Made by a program: the position numbers and the translations under genes. A stretch of DNA of 60,061 bases, the filler included, from Dimargaris cristalligena (Eukaryota), in assembly GCA_003614675.1 (NCBI GenBank). It is 2 parts of 2 records of this genome, joined end to end, with 100 filler letters (N's around TTAATTAATTAA, not from the genome) between each part and the next. Parts side by side here need not be neighbours in the genome. Positions count along the whole stretch, not along the records: positions 30,101 to 60,061 come from ML002469.1; 1 more part is not named here. One strand, 5' to 3'. Below are positions 52,000 to 60,061 of the stretch, piece after piece. The notes under the pieces were generated by a model, which was given only the letters and a program-made list of their open reading frames with translations, made no database searches and was not told where the DNA came from. How positions within the stretch are numbered: position 1 is the stretch's first letter; each line of letters opens with the position of its first letter.

Positions 52000-54900
52000 A
52001 TGAGAGTTGGCATCCTCGGATTTGTTCTTCTCCCATTATGGCAGTCTTTGTCAGCCCAGGCTATTGATAGGCCCCAACTGCCTATAGTGAACCCTGATCA
52101 TCATCATGGTCTCCCTCAGACTAATCCAACCCCTCCCAGATCTAACAGGGAGCACCATCAAAGGCTGATGAACAAACGTCAGGAACTGGATTCTTCAGCT
52201 ATAGTCCCTCCTTTAGTAGAGGTTGTCCTAGAGTCTCCCCCACCTCCCAGTCCTCCAGTAGTAGCCATCCCAGAGTCTCCCCCACCCCCAGGCCCTCCAG
52301 TTGAAGTTGTTCCTGAGTTACCCCCACCCCCCAACCCTCCAGTTGAAGCTGTCCCAGTGCCACCTCTACCTCCAGGCCCTCCAGTAGTGATTATTCCTGA
52401 GTCACCCTCACCCCCTGGCCCTCCAGTTGAAGCTGTACCTAAGTTACCCCCACCTCTAGGCCCTCCAGTAGTAATTATTCCTGAGTCACCCCCACTTCCC
52501 AACCCTCCTGTAGAGGTTGTCCCAGAGTTATCCCTACCTCCAGATCCCCCAGTTAAATCCATCCATAGCCCAGAGCCCCCTGTATCAATTTTGGAGGCTG
52601 AACTAGCTGTGGTAGTACCTTCTTTACCTCCAGTAGTAGATCCATCTAATGATTTATCTAAGGCAGGTCCTATTTCTGAAGAAGAACTATGTCCAACATC
52701 TATTGGTCAATTACCACCTGCTATTAATACCAATGAGCAGGGTACTTCTCTACCTGACTGGTTACCACCTTCAAATATAGATAATAACCCCCTACCAGAA
52801 CCTCTTCCAACTACAGCTAATCCAGCTACTGGTGATTCAGCTGGCCCTACTAATATTAGTCAGCAACCAGATCCTAAAGAAAGTACAATTAGAATTGATA
52901 CTGATTTACCTATTAGTAGTATTGCTACTCCCTCAATAGAAGTAGAACCTATTGTAACCTCTGAGGAAGTTGGTGAGACAATTAACCCTCCTGCTCCTAG
53001 TAGCACTGAGCCAGGCCAGGAAAGCCCTATTGAGGAAGTCCCCACCAGCTCTGACTCCCCCTCAAGTGATTCAACTGGAATTTTAATTAACCCAGCTCCT
53101 ACAGATGCAGAAGAATTACCTATAGAAGAGACACAGGTATCAAGTAGTACCCCACCTGAAGATCCTACAGATGGGCAATCTGATCCAAATCCCTCCAATA
53201 CTGAGGTGAATACAATTACAAGTGAGAGTCCCTCAGATATAGAGAGTGAGCTAACTAGTACAGAATCTAATGAGCCTACTACTACATCAGTTGAGATACC
53301 AATTGGTGAGAGTCAAAGTAGTACTCCTGTAGAAGATAGCCCAGGGAATACTACTCCTAGTGAAACTGATGAAGGTCCAGAAATAACCTCAAATAATATT
53401 ACTAAGAGTACCACTATAGAGAGTGAGGTTAGCTCCACAATATCAGAGAGTTCATTAAAAGAAGAACCAATCACCTCTGATAATACTAATTCCATTACCT
53501 TGGTACCTGAACTACCCTCTAGTTCATCAGAGTTATCAGATATTGAGTCTGAAATAGAAGGCCAACCTGAACCTACATTTATATCCACTAGTAATACAGT
53601 TGTGGAAACCAGTATACTTGAAGAGCTACCTGTAGTTTCTACTATTACATCCAATATCTCCTCAATTAATACTACAGATACCATTATAGAGTCATCTAGT
53701 GAAATCCCTAGTGAACCAATTGATATAACCTCAACTGTTATAGAGTCACAATCTATAGAATCTTCTAAGACAATATCATTTCTGACTACCAGTGAGGAAT
53801 TAGTATTCAGTAGTGCATCTGAGGAAAATACAAGTGTATCAGAAATATCATCTACTGAGGGAATTGACACTATCACTGAACCTTCTACCATTATATCTGA
53901 TACTGATGCTAGTAGAGAGCCCACTACCTTTACTCAAGGGAACAGTGAAAGTATATCAGTATCCTCAGACACTTCCTTAGTAGATCCCTCTATATCTACT
54001 AACCCAATTGACGAGTTACCCACCTCAAATTCCCAAGCTGTAACAAGTGCAATATCCACTTCTATAGCCAGTACTACTAGTCAATTAGTAGATACTACTC
54101 CTTCTAGTAATGCCTCTCCAGAGAAAAGTTCAGATAGTACAACACTAGCTGATACTATTACAGGTCCAAATACTACAGTACCTCAACCTAAATCCAGTGA
54201 GGTACTTGAACCCATTACTGAAACTGAGGAGCCAACACAAGATACCCAAACCACTACGGAATTGCCTCCCACACCAACTACTGAACTAATAGAAGAGTCC
54301 TCCATTGAATTATCTGATTCATCTACTAATAGTAGTTCAGAGACTTCTAACTATACATCTAGTGATCTATCTGAAATTACCACAGAAGTTGAAAGCCTAA
54401 CTAATACTACCCCAGAAATCTCAGAAGCATCATCTGAAGATGGCTCAGTAAATAATAGCTCTACTATAGAACAGCTAACTAGTACTATTTCAGAAGCCTT
54501 AACTACCATTTCTGAGCCTAACACTAGTATAACAGAAGAGTCAACTATTGATAATATTAGTCAAATATCAAGTGAAGCTATATCAGATGAGCCAACTGAA
54601 ATTACATCAGATATAGTAAACTTACCTTCTAGTAATACTACTGAATTAACATTCAACTCTGATTCCACAACAACTAGTTCAGTAATAGCATCCCCTGACC
54701 AAACAAATAACTGGCCTGAAACCACTACTGACTTCGAAAGTAAATCTCTACCTACAAGGACTAATGAAATAACCTCAATAGCCAGTAATGAACCCCTAAC
54801 AGAAATACCTGCTTCAGCTAATTCCACTGTACTGGAGTCTACTAGTAACACTTCAGAGCCCACTACTCTAAGTCAAATATCTTCAGAGATATCCATCTCA

Positions 54901-57804
54901 ATAATAGAGTCTTCAGTACTATCCCAGTTTACAAGTAGTGAGCCAGAAACTACTACAGAGGAAGAAAGTATAGCTACTAATACTAATACTGAGTCTGAAA
55001 CTCTTATACTCCCAGAGATACCCACTGAGGTCCCAGCAGAGTCTTCAACTTCTAATTCTGAAATATTACCAAGTATAACTGAAATACCAAATCGTGATAA
55101 TGAAACCAGCCCTGGTTTAGAAATTACAACTACTGAATCAGATCCTCAAACCTCAATATTAGTGACATCAGAGGAGCCCACAGAGACCCAATCAGAGACA
55201 TTAAGTAGCTATCCTGAAACTACAATTAACTCTAAACAGCCTAGTGATAATGAAGGGTCTATTGGTTTTTCAGAAACTAATATTACAACTACCACTCCAG
55301 TAATATCTGAATCCCCTACCGAGATTCCATCTGAAGATGTTACTACCATTGAAATTAGATCCTCAATTATATCAGAGGTGATTACTGACGATTTACCAAC
55401 CACAGCTACATCTTCTGACTTATCAATCAGTGAGTCAGAAGCCAGCTCTATTGTTAGCCCAGAAACATCAACAGCTATAATAGAATCAGAAACATCACCA
55501 TTTTCTGAAGTTACTACTGAGCTCCAGTCAAATACACTGACTTCAGAGGTTGAGACCAATGCATCAGCTACTACACTGAGTAGTACTTTGCATGAGGTAC
55601 AAACCCTCACTTCTGAGACTTCCACTGAGGTTACCAGTCGGGACCATGAAACAATCTCAGCATCTGAACCGCCCACTAGCGAACAGACCACTATAATCAT
55701 TTTACCCTCAACCACTATCCTGATGCCAAATTCCAGCACCTATATAGATGAAGAAACCCTATCAACAGAAACCAATTCTTCTACAAGCAATCAAATATCG
55801 ACTATTACCACCAGCACTATAGATGTTAGTTCAAACCTCTCAGATATTTCAACTGGGTCAATAATATCGGGTAGTGACTCTGAGAGTACCAATTATACCA
55901 CATCAATTTCTATTTCAATTACCTCATCTGATGAAAACAGCTCGTCAGCCTCCCAATTAACCACTGAATCTCCTCTATCTACTATTGAGTCAAGTGAGTT
56001 TTCATCCCATGAGCCAAGTCCAGGATCAACCTCAGTGAATACAGCAAGTGAGTCCAAATCAACTTCCCATTCTTCTTATTCTACTTGGGTGCCTGATGTT
56101 AGTGCTACATCAGACTCTGGGCAGCCATCAGTAACCAGTATAGAGTCATCAGATACAAGCTCCCAGAAGCAGAGCAGTACTTTAGATACTTCATTCAGTG
56201 ATGCAACCCTCACTGAGATGACCTCAAGTGAAGATCAAGAGAATACTTTAGCTTCCTCAACTGATTTGGCTACACTTACTAGTGGTGATCCCGAGTCACT
56301 AACTACACACACCATAGTTAGCAGTTCTGCCGATAACAGCCCCACAGTATTTACATCCAGGATTTCAGAATCATCCTCAGAGATGACACCCAGTACCTTG
56401 ATATCACCAGGTCACGAAACTAACGATAGCTCAGAACTTCCTACCACAAGCTTTGAATCCAAATCCAATGGATCTAGTATGTCTATAACAGAAATACTAT
56501 CAATCAGCCAGGTTACATCAAGTGCGACCAATAGTACCACTAATGAGCTCCCAGATTCCTCAACTGTACTTAATAATCCATCTACCAGTTCAGGCGGTGA
56601 TGTCCACACATCTGATATTTCCGAAGAAATTACTTCCTCAACCACGGAAGTACCTGCCACAAGTTCAAATACAGAATTGACTAGTATTGTATCAAGTGCT
56701 GTTGAACAACCGTCTCCATCTCAAACTAATACTTTGACAATATCAACAGATGCACCTGCAGTAACTATTACCCCAACCTCATCAATTGAGTCAGGATCAA
56801 GCACCACTCAGGACTTGTCTGTGTCCACTAGCTTGGAAACAGAGATCTTGAACAGCTCCTCAACCAAACCATCTAGTATCTCTGTGCCAAGTGATACTTC
56901 TTTCTCAATTCCTGCTGAATCGACTAAGTTGGAGACTCCAATACAAACCACATCTGATAGTATGCCCAGTCCATCTGAACCCACATCAGCAACTGGTGAA
57001 CCAGATAATAGAAATTCGAGTATAACGGCCACTGTATCAATGCCATCTACCAGAGCAGTGGAGAGTTCAGGATACACTAGTTCATATACCACTGATGGTT
57101 CCACGTCAGAGGAATTGACATCCACTGAACTATCCGGTCACCTACCTAATACTCCAGCTGTTCCATCTACTACGGGCGACAAACCTCCAGTCGAGACTAC
57201 AATTATAGTACACCCTGGTAATTCAGTATCATCTGTATCTCACACAACAACAGGATATAATGATATCCCTAGTGTAACCCCCATCCCAGAGTCCGTTACC
57301 AGGCCCAATGTGCCAGTGATTATTGTTACACAGTACCCGGCCCCTCAGTCACCATCTGGTCCAATCTACATTCCAACAGCCATTTCACCTCCGCTTGGAG
57401 GCAACACGCCAACAGTTCCTGACTTGCCAAAGCAGCCCACTCCTCCAATCAACCCCGACCCTAGGCCCAGCACTGCACATCCGGGTACAATCCCTGATGT
57501 AGTCAGACCACCGACCAATGATCTGCCACCCAAGGGGCCTCCTCCGTGTAATCATTGGGACCCCAGCTTTGTAGTCTACCGGGTGCAACTGGCCAGTGAT
57601 ATTAAGGCCCAACTGGGATTCCGTAATCAACTCCAATTCCTGTCAGGGCTCAAATCCACTGGTGCTTGTTATCGCCTCGATATGCTCAGCAGTGATGGTG
57701 TTTCTAATGATGCAGTCATGGCATTCAAACCGGCTTTACTATCTCGTATTCGCCGTTTCCCCAATGTGATGTCTGTTACAGCCCGACTAAGGCTTAACCC
57801 CTAA
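52000..57804 (+). CDS. Giant secreted Pro/Ser/Thr/Glu-rich mucin-like protein (~1934 aa) with a small C-terminal globular domain
   Basis: ATG 52000 starts a signal peptide (MRVGILGFVLLPLWQSLSA), followed by a KR site, Pro repeats and ~1600 aa of S/T/E-rich stalk. The last ~85 aa are non-repetitive. No GPI or transmembrane tail. Confidence 0.85.
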   Translation: MRVGILGFVLLPLWQSLSAQAIDRPQLPIVNPDHHHGLPQTNPTPPRSNREHHQRLMNKRQELDSSAIVPPLVEVVLESPPPPSPPVVAIPESPPPPGPPVEVVPELPPPPNPPVEAVPVPPLPPGPPVVIIPESPSPPGPPVEAVPKLPPPLGPPVVIIPESPPLPNPPVEVVPELSLPPDPPVKSIHSPEPPVSILEAELAVVVPSLPPVVDPSNDLSKAGPISEEELCPTSIGQLPPAINTNEQGTSLPDWLPPSNIDNNPLPEPLPTTANPATGDSAGPTNISQQPDPKESTIRIDTDLPISSIATPSIEVEPIVTSEEVGETINPPAPSSTEPGQESPIEEVPTSSDSPSSDSTGILINPAPTDAEELPIEETQVSSSTPPEDPTDGQSDPNPSNTEVNTITSESPSDIESELTSTESNEPTTTSVEIPIGESQSSTPVEDSPGNTTPSETDEGPEITSNNITKSTTIESEVSSTISESSLKEEPITSDNTNSITLVPELPSSSSELSDIESEIEGQPEPTFISTSNTVVETSILEELPVVSTITSNISSINTTDTIIESSSEIPSEPIDITSTVIESQSIESSKTISFLTTSEELVFSSASEENTSVSEISSTEGIDTITEPSTIISDTDASREPTTFTQGNSESISVSSDTSLVDPSISTNPIDELPTSNSQAVTSAISTSIASTTSQLVDTTPSSNASPEKSSDSTTLADTITGPNTTVPQPKSSEVLEPITETEEPTQDTQTTTELPPTPTTELIEESSIELSDSSTNSSSETSNYTSSDLSEITTEVESLTNTTPEISEASSEDGSVNNSSTIEQLTSTISEALTTISEPNTSITEESTIDNISQISSEAISDEPTEITSDIVNLPSSNTTELTFNSDSTTTSSVIASPDQTNNWPETTTDFESKSLPTRTNEITSIASNEPLTEIPASANSTVLESTSNTSEPTTLSQISSEISISIIESSVLSQFTSSEPETTTEEESIATNTNTESETLILPEIPTEVPAESSTSNSEILPSITEIPNRDNETSPGLEITTTESDPQTSILVTSEEPTETQSETLSSYPETTINSKQPSDNEGSIGFSETNITTTTPVISESPTEIPSEDVTTIEIRSSIISEVITDDLPTTATSSDLSISESEASSIVSPETSTAIIESETSPFSEVTTELQSNTLTSEVETNASATTLSSTLHEVQTLTSETSTEVTSRDHETISASEPPTSEQTTIIILPSTTILMPNSSTYIDEETLSTETNSSTSNQISTITTSTIDVSSNLSDISTGSIISGSDSESTNYTTSISISITSSDENSSSASQLTTESPLSTIESSEFSSHEPSPGSTSVNTASESKSTSHSSYSTWVPDVSATSDSGQPSVTSIESSDTSSQKQSSTLDTSFSDATLTEMTSSEDQENTLASSTDLATLTSGDPESLTTHTIVSSSADNSPTVFTSRISESSSEMTPSTLISPGHETNDSSELPTTSFESKSNGSSMSITEILSISQVTSSATNSTTNELPDSSTVLNNPSTSSGGDVHTSDISEEITSSTTEVPATSSNTELTSIVSSAVEQPSPSQTNTLTISTDAPAVTITPTSSIESGSSTTQDLSVSTSLETEILNSSSTKPSSISVPSDTSFSIPAESTKLETPIQTTSDSMPSPSEPTSATGEPDNRNSSITATVSMPSTRAVESSGYTSSYTTDGSTSEELTSTELSGHLPNTPAVPSTTGDKPPVETTIIVHPGNSVSSVSHTTTGYNDIPSVTPIPESVTRPNVPVIIVTQYPAPQSPSGPIYIPTAISPPLGGNTPTVPDLPKQPTPPINPDPRPSTAHPGTIPDVVRPPTNDLPPKGPPPCNHWDPSFVVYRVQLASDIKAQLGFRNQLQFLSGLKSTGACYRLDMLSSDGVSNDAVMAFKPALLSRIRRFPNVMSVTARLRLNP
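52216..52551 (+). repeat. Coding minisatellite: 8 x 42-bp units encoding V(E/V)xxP(E)xPPPPxPP
   Basis: Units start at 52216, 52258, 52300, 52342, 52384, 52426, 52468 and 52510. Confidence 0.9.
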
Positions 57805-58589
57805 TGGTCTATGCCTTACCAACTCCTTTCATTAGCATGGACATGCTATAGACTTATTATGGTACATGAAACTATATCCATGGTTTCAAATCTTTAAACA
57901 TGTATTTTTATCAATATATTGTTATCATTTTGTACCAAATTACCTAGATCAGCGCCAATTTTCCGAGTTTAGACACAAGTATATTCTATTATTCTATCCA
58001 ATATTAAAAAAATACCCCATTTAAGACAATTTAGAGCCCCCGGGACCAGGTTGGAGAGCTATGATGTGGTCGCCACTACACTACTTCTCAGTATTATATA
58101 ATGAATAATCTCACGAATGTGATTGAAATACTAGCATTTGAGGACAACACCCTTGATTTACAGCCAGATATATATATCCACTGACTACTTACTAACAAAA
58201 TAATATTTATATTTATGGGAAGTAAATGTAGTCCGCATAATATAAATCATCGAAGGTCATTTCAGTAGGTGATACTACTAGTAAATACTAGAATGCCTAT
58301 GTTTAGGATGAGTGGCAGGAAGTAACCCACAAGCTAATGTCGTGAAGGGTGTTTTATGGATTACCAATAGGAAGGATATCTATAGATCACGTTAACTAAT
58401 AGCATAGGGTATTGAGTAATATCTGTTTAGCTTGTTGAATTAAGCGAGTAAGATGCGTGTTTTATTAGGGAAATATAGCGAAGGCAATGTAGTGAAGTAA
58501 TATGTTAGCGATGGGAATGCTAGTAAACTGAGGAACATCCACAGAGCAGCCGTAACACCTATTATATAGCCGGTCTTAATTCTTATGGA

Positions 58590-59861
58590 GTGCGACTGCC
58601 AGTACTTGCTAGATACGGGATTACTTCCATCAACAGTACAGTTTTTGGAGAGAGCCGGTGGACAAGAGGGGGCCATGATAGTATCCTATCCTGTCTGCTT
58701 CAGGTAATGAGTGCCTCAGAAGTCGGGTTATTGGCATGGTGGACTGGTGGACTGGAGGCATTCTTCATCAATGACCGGGGTTTCTCTTTTTCCAATACCT
58801 TGGTCATTGTAGGTTAGAGATATGTTATTGTCAGACAAGGGTGGTATTGTGTTGATATCATTAGGACTGTGGTTGGTTGTCGGTAAGGATGTAACACCTG
58901 TGTCACCCAACAACAGCTTGTTCTCTATATATCCCCCAGTTCAATAGGTACAGTGACTCTTAAGGCCCGCATTGCATCTAAACTCCCACAGTACATGGCA
59001 CCCAACTATATTGTTCAGTTGGACTGTATCCCGATGACCTCCATGGGCAAGGCCGACCGTAAATCCCTTCAGGCACGACCGCTGCCAGTAGCACATTACG
59101 AAGACAAAACTATAAGCGAGTGTCTCTCAGATACGTTCCGGATTGCTCGCGATTTCCTAGCTAAAGTTCTTGGTATTTATTCAGCCCGTGTAGTGTCATC
59201 GACGTCATTCCTTCATTTAGGGGGCAATTCCATAATTGCCATCCACTCCTCGTCGGTTTGCAGAGAACATGGCTGGCAACTCTCAATTAGCCAAATCCTT
59301 CAGTCGCTGACCATAGTCGATCTGTTTCTTCTACTTGAAGAACAGGCCCATAACACAACAGATCCTATTTCGCCGTACAAGCCATTTTCCTTTGTTAAAT
59401 CAATTGAAGGCCCTTCCAGTTGTTCTACTTTGTGCCTGGAAGCTGCCTCACTATTGAACGTTCTCTCAGATAATATAGTAGGCATTTACCCAGTGTCTAG
59501 CCTCCAACTCGGGTTCCTGATAAATACCTTGAAGGATCCGTCTGCCTACATGGTTCAACAATCGTTTGCCATCCATGGCCAACTCGATCTGAATCGTTTC
59601 CACCGGGTATGGATGGAGGTCGCCCAGAACCACCCTATTTTGCGCACCAAGTTTATTCAAACTGACAGCGTTGAGGGCATTCCATTCCTATAGGTCGTTA
59701 CATCCAACAATGATGTTGAGTGGTCGACTCATGTTGGTAGCTCACAAGAGGCGGACGAGGCCCAAATGGCAAAGGGATATTTCGCACTGGACCGCCAGCG
59801 TGGTTTTGATTTGCATGGCCCTCTACTTCATATACATACTCACTCTTTTAAGCCCGATTAT
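58590..59861 (+). pseudogene. Degraded NRPS fragment (end of A domain, T domain, start of C domain)
   Basis: LPQYMAPNYIVQLDCIPMTSMGKADRKSL (A-domain A9/A10 cores), FLHLGGNSI (PCP serine motif) and IYPVSSLQLGFL...AYMVQQ...HPILRTKF (C-domain N-terminus). There is an in-frame TAG at 59691-59693, after which homology continues (VVT...DRQRGFDLHGPLL). Upstream A-domain pieces are frameshifted or deleted. Confidence 0.85.
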
Positions 59862-60061
59862 TGTTGGGCCGGTGATTTGAGGAACCCCTCTCCCGGGACT
59901 AAGGCTGGGGCTGAGCCCCGCGCTATGCTCGGGATTGGATGGGTCACCGGACATCGGGTTTGGAGGGCTCGAGGAACCTAGGTGGAACATACCGAATTCG
60001 GGCAGCGGTCCTTCGGCGATACGGATGGGATCGGAACTGTGCTCGGAGGCGGTACTGGGGT
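59862..60061. mobile_element. Probable end of an LTR retrotransposon inserted into the NRPS remnant
   Basis: Abrupt shift to GC/CpG-rich sequence beginning with TGTTGGG (TG..CA LTR-type terminus) at about the point where C-domain similarity stops. Truncated by the window end. Confidence 0.45.

Noticed and set aside
59691..59693. In-frame TAG as programmed readthrough or recoding
   Set aside because: Surrounding frameshifts and truncation indicate pseudogenisation, and TAG is used as a normal stop in TAF13, PAP1 and the GPI-protein gene.

Overview
This is eukaryotic, intron-containing fungal DNA (GT-AG introns with GTAAGT donors and CTAAC-type branch points, many microsatellites). It most likely comes from an early-diverging fungus: ZNF277, a long animal-like RMI1 and an NRPS remnant fit Zoopagomycota such as Dimargaris, but this is inference only. 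The window is two segments joined by a 100-nt N spacer containing TTAATTAATTAA (30001-30100), so linkage across it is not established. Left segment: a giant Cep57/Ppc89-like spindle-pole-body protein, a head-to-head TAF12/TAF13 pair, a DUF676-like hydrolase, a kelch-repeat protein, a GPI-type Cys/Ser-rich protein, a small secreted cationic peptide precursor and ZNF277. Right segment: a class B J-domain protein with several possible 3' exons, poly(A) polymerase, an 8-exon coiled-coil gene not visible in the ORF track, RMI1, a giant CpG-depleted secreted mucin-like protein with a possible I9-like C-terminal domain, and a degraded NRPS cut by a probable LTR. Both segments begin with an exact 55-nt copy of internal sequence, which points to k=55 assembly or MDA artefacts. 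I found no tRNA, rRNA or CRISPR. Exon boundaries were derived by hand from splice signals and frame continuity.
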